Below, piece by piece: positions 19,071 to 31,629 of a DNA stretch of 64,000 nucleotides. Below the pieces are notes generated by a model. That model worked only from the letters and a program-made list of their open reading frames with translations, did no database searches and was not told the origin of the DNA. Both the position numbers and the translations under genes were made by a program. Location of the stretch: the NCBI RefSeq assembly GCF_038025025.1, contig NW_027117338.1, positions 3,038,001 to 3,102,000 of the forward strand, written 5' to 3'. Position 1 is the first letter of the stretch, and every line of letters begins with the position of its first letter. The stretch comes from Phyllosticta citribraziliensis (lineage: Eukaryota).

Positions 19071-20463
19071 ATCACAAAGGGGAGCCAGGAAAAAGGCTGA
19101 CGAGAGGAGTACACCTACCTACTACGGCATTGTAGGCCCCACTTTATCTGCATCAGTACATGTTATGTTGAGTTTGTTTGTAGCACATACGTACATATGC
19201 ATATACACATGGATGTACACATCACACCGGCACCACCACAAACATAACTAGTTCCGTCCATTCAATGAGAGAAGAGATGTGAGAGACACCACCACATTCC
19301 CCGCACCCACCAGGATGAGTCATCAAGCAAGCACGCACAGAGCAATGACACTCAATTGACTTGATTGATTTGAAAAGCGAGGATGACGATGATGGTGGGG
19401 GTGATGTTGTGAAAACACAAACCAACACCATCTCCCCATCCATCCATCCACATGCATACCATACATACCTAACCCATAAAACATCCGTTTCAACAGCCCC
19501 ACTGTATCGCGCGTCTGTCTGCTCTGCTCTGCACTTCTAACGTCCAACTTTTGCGCCATACAACCAAGTAGCGTGGCAGCCATGAGAGAGACGGCTACCC
19601 AGCCAGCTAGTGAGCAGGCGACGTCAGCACTGCGTCCCGCGAATCTGTCTCTCTTTCCTTCTTTCAATCCAGAAAGCCCACAACTCTTCTTCCCCTCGCT
19701 CTTCCATCTCGCATCCCGTCTCTCTTCTCTTTGTCGACGACACCCCACGGCACCAGCAAGGAACCCTCCGCATCGACGTCATCGACCATAAAAAGCAAAG
19801 GCCACCCGATCTCATCCAAGAGCAAGGCAACAAACAAGCAAACGGATCAGCTAGAGAAGAAGGAAAAGGGAAAAAAAAGAAAAAAGGTATCCAAACAAAA
19901 AAGGTTTTGAAACAAAGACCCAGTAGAAGATGAAAAACAACGACAACAGCCAGCCCATCGCCTCGGCCAGATTCAGTTCAGCTCTCAGCTCCCGGCAGTA
20001 GCGCCCTCCTGATTCGCCTCAAATGTAATGATGATAATGGTGTCTGATGAGCTGGACTGGACACAGCTCAGCCCAACGCCTGCCTGTGCCATGGCAGACA
20101 GTGTCGTACTCGAGGCTGCTGTCCAGCCGTTGTCTTGCGAGTCGAAGATGCAGAGCGGTCGGTCGAAGCTCGTGGCTGTTCTCGCGAGACGGTGAGTAGT
20201 GTGGCGCTGCGTGTTGGTGTGAGTGGAGGAGTGTGATTCGCATCAGGACGGTAGTAGCGGCGGTGGCGGCGGCGGCGATCGAGCGTAGAGACGGCGGGCG
20301 ACAGCGATTGCGACGGGCGAGCGACGACGGCGACGGGCGGCGCGGCGGCATTTCGTGGCGAGAGCTCCTCTACGCTCCATATCTCTCTCTCTCTCGCATC
20401 TCACCTCTCTTGCAAAAGAAGAAAGGAAAGAAAAAAGGGAGAAGAAAAGACGACGAGGAGCGT

Positions 20464-23062
20464 TCAGATCTCGCCCTGCTGGATCCTCTTGACCGGATGC
20501 AGCAGCATGCCAGGAAGACACATTCGGCCACCTACGACGGGCTTTTCAGTATCCCTGTTATCTGATCCACCAACTTGAACGCGGTCGCCCATACCCTTCT
20601 CCTCTTCCTGGCCGCCCACGATGCGCTCGGGCTCTCCCCACTCGTGTACCTTGACCTTCCATCCCAGCCAGCGGCGGTAAATGTCCTTGGGGAAGCGGCT
20701 GCTAAAGTACCAGCTCCATCCGTAGTAGTTGTGCTCCCGGTCGCCGTTGTATGGCGAGTCGGGACCTTCGCTCCAGCCAATAGGGGCGTACTCGCCGTCA
20801 GTGTTGGCGTTGAAGATGGCGTCCGTGTAGTGAGGTGGCCAGATGCGGTCAAACCAGATGGGCTGCGGGGCATAGACAGCCTTGTAGCCGTGTTGCAGCG
20901 ACACGCTGGCGGGCCACATTTCAGCTTGCATATCGCGACCTGCCTTGTTTTCCATGTGCATCGTGTGCAACAAACGCCGGCTGAAACGCGCCACCGTGTT
21001 GATGAAGATACGGCGGGGAATCGTGGGGAAACGCGGGTCGTTGAAGCCATTGTCGTACGGGTCGACGCTAAAGTCGGGGTGTTTGCCGTCAATGTAATTC
21101 CAAATCTTGTCGCGGTACGACCAGAATGTGCGAACAGGGTCAAACATGGGCAGAAGAGTAATCAAGTCGGCTTCCTCGCCAACACCCCACTCGTAGTTGT
21201 CCGAAGTCATTTCGTGCGGCGGCATGGGACCGAGCGGAGTCTGCACAGGAGCATATGGCATAGCACCCCAGACAGGGCTGCCAACGGCGCCCTCGCTCCA
21301 AGCATCCTCGACGGCCTGGTTGGTGTCGTTGAAGAAGGTCTCCCAGTCGCCGTGGAGCTGCGGTACATAGTAACGCTTGTTGCGCTCCCAGAGATATTTG
21401 CGCGGCTGCTTCTTGGCAAACTCCTGGACTCTGTGGAGGAAGTGGTAGTGCTGACCGGTGTAGCGGGCATCGGTTTCCCAGTTCCAGACGTAGTCGAATT
21501 CGGGGTGAGTCTTGCTGAACCACTGGACAGGCATAAATTGGTGCCAGTAGACCTGCCAGTCTGTGACTTCGGGGTAAGCCCTTTGACAAATGTCCTCGTT
21601 CCACAGAATGCTGATGCTGCGCAGCTCGGTGGGCACCACCTTCTTGAGCATGTCTTGGTAGGCATTTTGGTCGTCAAAGATGGGAACACTGCGGTCCTTG
21701 ACGTTGACAAAGAGAAAGACTTGGTATTCACCGCCAGACCACAGCGACGTCTCTTGGATCATGGCACGGATCGCCTGCAAGTCGTTGTCGGTGTACGTGT
21801 AGCCCTCCCACGTCCGGATGAGGATGGCTGTGCGCGGGTGATACTTTTGCGTAACCTCACCACCAGACTCGCGGCGAGAAAGCTCGGTGTAGTCGATGCT
21901 TCCCTTGGGGGCTTCGGTGTCGGTTGGAGTCTCAGGTATGTCCATGCCGGGGGTTAGGTTTGTTTCAGTGGTACGTGCCTCGGGTGCGAAACGCTCGTGA
22001 TTGCGCTCGACGCACTGGTTTTGAAGCTTGCCCCAGTTGATGTGGCGCCAAATGACCGCCTGCTCCTGAACAGGCTCCCAGTCAGGCAAATCGTACTCGT
22101 CAGCACCAAAACCGTAGGCGCCATAGCGGCCGTAACGATCAAAGCACACGTTGGCATCTAGACCCAAAGCCTCGAAAGACCCGACGGACGGCTTTGGGAA
22201 GTTGGGAGAAATGTCGGGATAGGCCGTGACGAGGTCCAAGCGACTCTCATTCAAGAGTTTGCCACGCGGACCCTCGCATGCCACGTATTCACCCTTCCAC
22301 TGCTTGCTCCAGTCGGGACCATTGTAGTCGGGATATGGGAGGTAAGCCTGTTGCTTTTTGGCCTTGAGAGTCTTGACGCCTTCGGTGTAGTAGCCACGCT
22401 CACTGGTGCCGTGTTAGTAACTGAAGATATCATGGGGAATGCAATCTTACGCAGGAAACGCCTCCCAACGGTTGGGGTCGTAGTCGCGGTCGGCATAGTC
22501 CTGATAGGCCGGCCAATGGCTCGGATCGGGCCCTGGGCGAGCCCATACAATCATTTTGTTGATGTATTGCTTCAAGTTGGAAATGGGCGACAGCTTCCTG
22601 GCGTGTGCAATGGGCGAGTCGGAGGAGCCCTTGATTGCGTCAAAAGCATGCCAAGAGTTGCTGGTGCTGTTCGGACGTGTCTCCGAGCTTAATGTTGGTG
22701 ATGTAGAGGCCGTAGAGGCGGTGGATGTGGATGTCTTGGGCTTCTGTGATGCGTGTTAGTTGCCAGGTTGCCACATGTCGAGATGGACAGCTTACCGACT
22801 CAGCCGGGAATGAATACTGAGGCTGGGAGGCTTCTTCCTTTGCAGGCTGCTTGTCCGCCGCGACGTCCTGCGCCGGTGACGACTTGTCCGAGGAGAGGTG
22901 TTCCTGTTGGTTGCCCAGACGGCTGCTCCATGATTCTGGGATGGCGGCGACGCGATCGGTCAAGTTGTTCTCGAACGAGTTGCGGAGCAGGATGAAGAGG
23001 CAGCAGACGATGAAGAAGACGAAGAGGACCAGCTTGCGCGGGCCCAGGCCGGAAACTAGCAT
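20464..23062 (-). CDS. DUF3405-family type II membrane protein; exons 23062-22796, 22743-22451, 22402-20464
   Basis: N-terminal TM (LVLFVFFIVCCLFILL); introns 22795-22744 and 22450-22403 restore YDPNRWEAF..PYPDYN..ACEGPRG; RTAILIRTW, YVWNWETDARY, RKYLWERN, GVGEEADLITL and LLHPVK motifs. Confidence 0.85.
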
Positions 23063-26000
23063 GTTGGACGTCGAATGCAGAGGAGATTATGCGAAGACGA
23101 CGACGACGAAAGAGTGTGATGCCGAGCCGGTGGGCAGCGGCGAGAGAGAGGGTGGCAGAGCAGCGTGCAGTACGGTAGGTGGTAGCTGTAGGTTGCTGCT
23201 GTATGCGGCGGAGCGAGTGGAAACAGCGTAGGGCGGGCGGAAAGTTTGTCAAGCGACCATGTCCTGTCCGGGAGGTCAGAGGATCCGATGGCGACGGCTG
23301 AGAGAGAAGAGCGGCGGACTTGGGACTGGGGCAGAATATGAGGAATTTTGGCCAAGCGGATTGCAGGGCTCTGATTGCGGGAAGATGGGAGCCGTGGTCT
23401 GGTCTGGCGCAGGTGCACATGCAGCAGAGAGCAGCTGGGCCAGGGCAGGGCAGGGCAGGCAAATGAGGTGAGACCGAGCGGCCCTGTGTCAAGGCCAACC
23501 TTGATGCCGCGCCAGTCCCCTACTTTCGCACCCTCGCAGCCACTGCGCCCCTCGATTCGTGACACCCAGCTCGTTTCAGCGCCATAAATCGCCAAAAGAG
23601 AAACGTAGAGCCTCGTGTTTGCTTTGTCTTGCCGTCCAGTGGTCCAGTCGACAACACTCACTCCCGCGGTTGGTGGCAGACCAGTATCGATCGGCTCCCT
23701 GCACTCTCCCACCCAACAGCGATCTTCAGGAGCAGCGACATCATCGTCATTCACTCATCGGTCCTATCCTATCCTATGCGGCACTCTCTGCAGTGTCGCC
23801 AGGGCGAGTCTACCCCTAGCTCCAGTCGCATTGGATTACACCTGTAGCGCGCCGCGGCGACGGGCTGCGCCATCCATCTGTCAGAAGCACACCAAGCGCT
23901 CCGCTCCCGACGACGCGTCGTCAGCACAAAAACTCGACCTCTTTTCTCTACATCATGCCAAACGTGCGCCATCCCCGCCCCCGATTTTGCTAGCTGGCCA
24001 TCTGCACTGCAAGCCCGAGCCAGGAGACGCGCTGTCCGTCTCACTGCGACTTCACCGTCTGGTACCACGGACGCGTCTAGAAAAAGAGTGCAGGAATGCC
24101 GCCACTCGAGTCTTATCAAGGAGCAGTTTTTCCTTCCCACTGGTCCTTCGCCTTCCATTCGGCTTGCCGTCGGTCCTGTACCGGTTTCCCGGTCTCCGTC
24201 ACATCACTGCTCTGCTCAATCTGAGCGGCTGGAACCACATCCCAGCCTTTTATCACAAGTCCGGCCGCAGGTAGATGAACGAGACAATGCCACGCCGGCC
24301 CAAGTATTTTGCCAGAGCGTCATCTTGCAGCCAACCGTCGCCGAAAATGCTCCAACTGTCCTCGTCTGGCTGGCTGGCCGACTGTCGGAAATGTGTTTTT
24401 TTCTGTCCTTGGTGCTGCTATCTGGGGTATCCAGCGGCGCAGATCCGCAGGCACTCAAGCTCATTTTGAAACGGCGCCGCGTGGAACCTTCTCTGCCTAC
24501 TTTATTTCCGCCCGGACCGCCCGCCCTCCGTTGGTCAGGTCTGCTGCTCGTCATAGCTCAACCCAATGGCCTCACTGCACATCCATCTCAACTGCCTTTT
24601 GCTCCATCACCACTTTCTCCGCCCACAAAAAGCGCTGAACCCTTGCCATCCCCTTGCAGCCCAAACACCATATCAGCCGCATGCAACCTCGTCCACGTCC
24701 AAGACGCGTCTCTCTCCCCCTTCCTTCGCTAGTCCCGCGTCCCTGGTTCTACGCCCGCGAACATCGTTTTTGTGTCCTGACTCTTGCCCGCTTGGGGCAT
24801 GGCTCCGAGCATCCGCAAAACTCGAGCCAACCCAAGCTTTTTCCAAGCCTTTTGGCTGCAGACCGCCTGCCTCTGTCAAGTCGATGCCGAGTCAGGGGGA
24901 GGGACCATCTGCCGCCACCACCACCCCCTTCCCCCTCTGCCTCCTTGCTGGAACCCTCAAAAGTCATGTGGAGGTGCAACCGACGTGCGGAGAGAGTCAG
25001 GCGGTGAACCTTGGCTTCTGCCCCTCCTCGCCCGCCCCTCATCGACAAGCGTAAATGGTACTTTTAGACATGGTCACCTCGCCAAACCTTCACAAACCGC
25101 TCAACCGCCCATCACTGTCTCGTCTGCAGACAGGAGTCAGGACAAGACTCCACCCTCGCGATTCACGGCGGTAGCAAGCGGCCATCCTGACTTTACCGAC
25201 CATCACCGTTGCTGCACCCCTTGAGAGCCATGACCTGTCGATACATGTAGGTACGCCGTACGGTACGCAGGAGAACAAAGCACCCACCTATCCGCCTGCC
25301 CAACACGTCAATGGCTGCATGGCCCTGTATCAGCGGCCGCCGCAAGTTGCCTTCGCTTCGCCTCGCCTCGCCGGGAGGGAGGGCGCGCCTGGTCGTAGGG
25401 CAACCAGCAGAGGCAGTCGATCTCTGACCATCACAAACTGGGTCGGGTCGTCTCGGGCGTCCTAACCTCTCCCAAACCGGCCAAAACCACGCGAGAGGAC
25501 GACGAGTCGACGACGCTGTAAAATGATGCACGCACGTCGTCTGAAGTCTGATGCCTGCCATTTCGCCTACTTTTGTGTGCCTATTTTGCTCCACTCACTC
25601 TCCGTCTTCCGTTCGTCGACGGCGTCGGCACCCACGCGCCGTTGTCGGGCGTCTGGTTGGTGGTCGATTTCTTGTCGTCGTTGGATTTCCGCGTCTTTGT
25701 CGATATTGCTGGTTCGCGGACGGAGATGACGATGCGACGCGGCCAAGTCGTTGCTGAAGACGCGGGTCACCACGCTCTTCCAACCCACGCACTCCAAGCC
25801 GGTATCGCTGATCGCGGGCGAACAATTATTCAAGCGGTGATATCCCCGTGTGCGCCTTTAATTGGCTGCGAGCAAAGCTACAAGGTAGGTTGGTTGGTTG
25901 ATTGGTTGTTAGTCGCCTGGTGTCGTTAACAATGCGTCCTGCCTGCCACCTACTGTCCGCCTGCCAAGTCCACAGTCTTTCCTTGCAGCTCCACCACCCA

Positions 26001-28282
26001 CCGGCGGATATTCAATGTACGTACCTTTATCCGTCTACCGGCAGCCACGCGCCGGCTTTCGCGGGTGGCTGGCAACGATGGTGGTGGTGGTGGTGGTTAG
26101 GAGGAACGTGCGAGGCAAGGCAGCCGTTACCACTCAACGTCTAGGTACATAGGTACCGGCGAGGCAAGGCACTGGAAACCACATGCAGAAACGATGAGTA
26201 TCTGGAGGTCTGGACAACCAACCCAACCTTCCATATCCATCATTCATCATCTCTCTTTATCTCTATCTCCACGGCTGGCTGGCCATTCCTAACCTCGTAT
26301 TGCAACCCCCACGCCTTGGGAAAGAAGACCACCTCATGTATCAAGGAGCCCTTTTCTTCCTTGCCTCACTCATTCACCCGTTCTCTTACTCACTCCACCG
26401 CGCTCTCGCTCTTATCTCGCCCTTCTCCCGTCTCTCCTGTCCCCCCTCTCTCCCAGCTTCACGTCTCCATCATCTCACTCCACTCCACTGCACTTCATCC
26501 CATCCCACCCCATCCATCCCTTGAACTAGCTCCCTCCCCAACCGGCGCCGCGCCCTCGCCCTCGTGTCCCACGCGACGCGTGCTCGCGTGCGTGGTTGGT
26601 CCTGCAACCCTTCACTCCTTCTCTCCCTTTCTCCTGCCGTTGGAGGGACCGTCGGCCCCTTGCTTCCGCCCTCCGCTCTCCGCTCCGCCCCTCGCTAGCT
26701 TGTTTTTGATGATGGTGGGAGCAGGGCTTTCATGTGCGTGCGTGAGGAGGGACCTCAGGAAGTGGAGTGCCTGGAGCGGAGCGGAGCGGAGAGGAGAGGA
26801 AGGGATGGCGGGATGGGACAGGATGGGGTGTGGTGCCGCACGTGGAACGATAGATGGCGGGAAGTGGTTACGGGAGGACGAGAAGGCGTTTGAGGGAGGC
26901 ATAGAATGATGCGATGGTCAGACATATACAATGTGACAAGGTAGCTCACAACACGCCTACCTATGTAGACACGCTTCGCGCATCTACTGATGATCTATTC
27001 CATAGCATCGGGTTATATACGTGCATGTACCGTAGGTGCCAGCAACCAGCAAAAGTTGCGCAACCACTACCATACTCCCCAATCAACACTCGTCTTGCCT
27101 TCGATCCGTCCGTTTGTGCAATCACGCTGTACCATTTGAACGCTAAACACCGCCCAGCTTTCTTCCCAGTATACCGCACTTATCCACTCGTGCACTTGAC
27201 ACTATTACTCGTACTCTTTCTCCACCTACCTACTCCTACCATATCGACCATGTCGTATAGCCAACGGTCGCGGCCACGGCACCTGCCGTCCGTCCATCAT
27301 CCCTACGCATGTGTGTGTGGTAGGGTAGTGTGCGTGCCTAGTCAGGCCTAAGGCGGCTCGGTTGCTTCGGCACAGGGCCCGCCGCTGATTACTTGCGTCG
27401 ACGTTAGCAGATGGGTGGCCTAAGAAGTCTCTAGGCCTATGTAGAGTTTATGTAGGGGACAGGGGTTGTGATGGGAAAGGGGGTGACGGGGACAGGGGGA
27501 GGAGAGGGTGTGAGGGGAGAGTAGGAGAGGGAGAGATAGGAGGCTGCGACTTTCTTCCACATTATGGAGGAAATACATCTATATTCGATACATAGTTGCA
27601 CACTCGTCGGCGGTTCTCACCTGTCTACGCCAGCTGGTGAGATATGGGGAGGCATGATACGTGTGATGCAGCGCAGTGCCACACAAGGTAAGGTGCTGGG
27701 TCTAGGTTGATGACCAAGGAGGAGGAGGAGAAGGGGGGGCTTAGGATCTGGGCTTGCCGGGCACTTCGTCGTTAGGATTTTGGTGGGAGATAACTGCAAT
27801 GGAGTAGGTATACATGCTCAAGCTAACGACGTCTGGCTGGCTGCTTTGGAGAGGAGGTACGATACGGTAGACACAGGGGCGCGGCTTTGATATTTGCAGT
27901 TGTTGTGGTTCTGTGATGCCGTCATTGTGAGAAAGAAAGCTCGAAGCAGAGTCGAGGTCCAAGGATCGCGTCATTGCCAGACCTTGCCCGCTGGTCAATG
28001 AATCGTAAGACTTCACCGTTCTTGGCACCTCTCGACAAGCGCACGCGAGTATTTGAAGACGCCGTGCCACCCTCTAGTAGCTGGTTGATTTCATCTTTTT
28101 CGCCGATCTATCATAGCCAAACACATGGCTTCCGCTTTCTCTCAGCTGACGTGAGTTGGGTTGCAAAAATTGGAAAAACATAGGCCATCTTCTCTGCCCC
28201 GACTAACTCACCGGCCTCTGGCTAAACCATCCAAAACCGCTGGATACAATACGTTGATCCTACATGGAGAATGTCGGTCAGA

Positions 28283-29189
28283 TTATTGGCGAAGCGCCGT
28301 GAGAATCTGCTCCTTGACGAGCTGGTTGGCCTCGTCGCCGCCGCGGTGCAGAGCCACCGCGCCGACAATCGCGTACAGGGTGGTGGCCACGACGGCGTCG
28401 ATACCGGAGCCTTGGAGGTTTTCCACCTTTGCAAGTTAGTCAGCCCATACGCATTGGAATGCCCATCCATGATGGCGCTGGCAGCTTACCCTCTTGGGCC
28501 TCCACCGAAGCACCCGGTCTATGCCAAAACCATATGCAACTTGCGCCAGCTTCTCCTTCCCTGCGTAGTGCGCCTTTGCCTTGTTCGTGATGTTGTTGAC
28601 ACCCAGCAGCGATTTGTGCTCAAATACCTCGCGTTCGAAGGGGTCGGGGAAGTTGCTCTTCTGATTAGCTCTCGGCAGGTTGAGCAGTGCAAGCGACGTT
28701 TGAAGTTCCACGATTCGTCGTCCTGGATTGTGTAAGCTTTTGCCCACGAGCTCGCTCAATGGCCTGGCCTGGCCTGGCCTGGGGTATGGGCTTACCTAGG
28801 AATGCGAGCCTATCATTGTGACCTCTCCGGCCGTGGTCGAAACTCTTGTGTGTTACTGCAAGCCATTTGACCTCCTCCGGCAGCAGCTTGGGTCCTCTTT
28901 CTCCAAGTATGCGCTTGTACACCTCGTCGAGCGCGACTGGGTCCTCAATCACTTTCCACACGTTTCTCGGGTTGATCGGCCGTAATCGCACAGGCGCCAC
29001 CATGGCCTTGGGCGTCTGCTTCCATCTCGGGACGTCGACGGGGTCGGGCGATGGTTTTGGTTCTTGGACGGGCGTGGTCGAGAATTGGCGGACATGCGCT
29101 GTGATGGCGCTAGACGAACATTGCGCAGCACGGTGTGTTGAAGGTCTTGCGGCCGCAGTGAAGGGCCGGAGGAGAGCTTTGGAAGCCAT
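28283..29189 (-). CDS. MRPL15: Mitochondrial large ribosomal subunit protein mL57 (RNase III-like); exons 29189-28796, 28722-28490, 28426-28283
   Basis: Arg/Ala/Ser-rich presequence, PRWKQTP, KWLAVTHKSFDHGRRGHNDRLAFLG, LRWRPK, LYAIVGAVALHRGG; both introns keep frame. Confidence 0.88.
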
Positions 29190-29353
29190 TGGCGTGGTGT
29201 GGAGATGCTGGCGGTGGTCGACGTTGGAGAACCGAAGGTTGTCTCGTGCTAGGGCATTTTTCGGTTAAGGTAGGCGCGCCAACCCTGGCCGTACACCGCG
29301 CGCCGCGTCCTCTCCTCCGTCTTGCCTTCTCTTCCACCTCTCCACTCTTCACC

Positions 29354-30985
29354 ATGGCGAGTCGAGCGCATGCTGGCGACGCGTCTCTCACAGATATTCT
29401 TGCCGAGGCCCTCCCACAGGATGCAAAGTTCACCTTTTATCACGTCTCCACGCCGCCGACCAAATGCGCTGCCATCTTTGCTCCGCCGCCAGGTGCCAGG
29501 GCCGAGCGAACCTACTGCGAGTCGCACCATCTGAACGTCTCGGTACAACCGCAGGATGACGGTCACCCGGGCGAAGTACTTGTATTCGCTATCGAAATCC
29601 TCATTTACACGACAGCCCATCTGACTACCCTCTTCGTCTCCAAAGCAGACTCGACCGGTTACCTCACACTTCTCAACCTCCCCCGCTCTGCCGAGTCACC
29701 CATACGCACCATCTCTACAACCTTCATAAGTTGGCTCGTCAAGAACAGGCAGCGACTTGGAAAGCGGCTTGTTGTCTCGCTTTTTGCCAGAGCCCAGGAC
29801 CAGTACCTCTTCCCGGGCAGTGTCGACAACCCAACCAAGCATGTGGCAGACGATACGGCCTTGGTCAAATGGTGGTGCAAAGTCTTGGACCCAGTGCTTC
29901 GAGAATATGATCCCGAATCTGGACCCGGAGGAGCATCGGCAAATGGCACTACCGCTCATGGCTATCTCATCATCCCTGGCTTGGAGCGCAACGAGACCCA
30001 GAGGTTTTTCCCCGTAACTGTCAAGTCCGACCCAGCAGAGCAGAAGCGCTGGACGCATGGTCATCCTCTTTTACAGATTACGCGCCATCCTAACGCGCCA
30101 CCGCGTTGCATCATACCTCACTTCCCCGACGACCCAAAGGCGCGATACATGGACGAGTTGGACGACGAGCTGCCCGACGGAGGAAGCCAGTTGATCCTCA
30201 GTCCGCGTGGGAACGGGCAATGGAAAAGCGTCAGGAGCTTGGACCAGTTCTGGGACATGATGTCGTTCCGCCAGGAATGCTCTTCAGGAAGACTTGTTGG
30301 TTTTATTTGGATAAACCTCACGCCTTCCGATCTTGAGGAAACGGTAGAAGATGAAGAGCTTAGCAGTCAGATGGGCTCAATCTCCGAGGTGCTGGCACCG
30401 AAGGTCGACGAGCGAAAGGAAAGCACGCCTGCCCCAAAGAAGAAGAAGAAACTCACAGGCCCTATAATACCCCGTACACCACGCATCAAGCAGAGGACCT
30501 CGAAACCAAGAAGGGTTGCGAGAGATGAAGTCACCAAATACTACGCCTGGCCTGTCTCCAGCCGTGGTGAACTTGTCCTCGATGAAAAGGCTTACAAACG
30601 GGGCACGGAGCTTCTTCAGCGGCAAAACTTTTCCAACTACGAAGCTGCTTCGTCGAGTACCTCTCTTTGGATCAACGAGGCCAAACTTCTCGGAGGCGTC
30701 TCATCGTGGGGCTTACCTGTGGTTGGAAAAAAGAGCAGACCAATCGTGGACAGTGCTACGAATGGCACGGGAGTCAATGTCCTTAATGCATCAGCGGTCC
30801 GCAAAAAGAGAAAGATAGAGGAAGATACCCCTGCATCACAGAGCAACTGTGACGATGTTCAGACCCTCTCAACCAATCTAATCAGGAAGAAGCCGAAGGC
30901 AGAGGGTGCTGTGGCATCTACCGACACATCGTCTGAGGTCAACGTGCTTGGAAGCAATTTGGTTAGGAAGAAACCGAAGGCTTGA
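29354..30985 (+). CDS. RTT109: Histone H3K56 acetyltransferase Rtt109, intronless
   Basis: LFVSKADSTGY, SLFARAQDQYLFPGS, LVKWW, HFPDDPKAR, FWDMMSFRQECSSGRLVGF; Lys-rich LVRKKPK tail; divergent from MRPL15 (164 bp apart). Confidence 0.93.
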   Translation: MASRAHAGDASLTDILAEALPQDAKFTFYHVSTPPTKCAAIFAPPPGARAERTYCESHHLNVSVQPQDDGHPGEVLVFAIEILIYTTAHLTTLFVSKADSTGYLTLLNLPRSAESPIRTISTTFISWLVKNRQRLGKRLVVSLFARAQDQYLFPGSVDNPTKHVADDTALVKWWCKVLDPVLREYDPESGPGGASANGTTAHGYLIIPGLERNETQRFFPVTVKSDPAEQKRWTHGHPLLQITRHPNAPPRCIIPHFPDDPKARYMDELDDELPDGGSQLILSPRGNGQWKSVRSLDQFWDMMSFRQECSSGRLVGFIWINLTPSDLEETVEDEELSSQMGSISEVLAPKVDERKESTPAPKKKKKLTGPIIPRTPRIKQRTSKPRRVARDEVTKYYAWPVSSRGELVLDEKAYKRGTELLQRQNFSNYEAASSSTSLWINEAKLLGGVSSWGLPVVGKKSRPIVDSATNGTGVNVLNASAVRKKRKIEEDTPASQSNCDDVQTLSTNLIRKKPKAEGAVASTDTSSEVNVLGSNLVRKKPKA

Positions 30986-31629
30986 ACTCTTTGTTTTGAA
31001 TGCGCTTGGCTACTTTCAGGATGAAGGAAGCCTAAAACCATTTCCTTGCTTGGGATTATTCTGGCGCACCTCGGATTGGATGGACTTGGAACTTGACCGG
31101 GAGATACCAAACAAAAGGGGGACCACTAGGGATTTGGTGGATTGAGGATACGAGAGAGCCTTGGAAAGGGGTTTAATTCGATTTAGTTTGACAGCCACAC
31201 AAAATGGAGAGGTCACTCGCTCCACACAAGGTTTACGCTTGACGACATTTGCAGTCAATCGTAGAGTTTAAGCATTAGCGTTTGACTTACCCGGCTCTAT
31301 GCAACTTCCTTGAAATGCACGTGTTTTTGATCGATCCTCGGCGGGAAAATGCCATGGCAATGCAGAGCAGACCTGGAGGATCAGAGGGCATGGTGTTGTG
31401 GTCGATCTTGACGCAGGGGGTGGTCTGTGGTGCTAGTGTGCGGGACGACCCGTGTTACTCCGCTGACCAGAAGTGCGAAAACAAAACAATCTCTCTCCAT
31501 GAGAGCCGCGCGCAAGCACTCGACGCATTTTTCTTCATTTCTGGGTCATGATTTAGATTGCGCGCACCGAGCCCTCACACTTCGTGTCTGCGACTCCCCG
31601 ATTACCGCGACTGGCCTCCTCTCGCAATC

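Noticed and set aside
20028..20075. ATGATGA..CTGA and CTGATGA followed by a hairpin (C/D snoRNA or hammerhead ribozyme?)
   Set aside because: Boxes are too close for a snoRNA and the hairpin is not followed by the GAAA core of a hammerhead
20575..21957. 460-aa plus-strand ORF and similar long antisense ORFs (17857-18762, 33067-34113, 46307-47497, 48126-49433)
   Set aside because: Antisense shadows of GC3-biased real genes; no recognisable motifs
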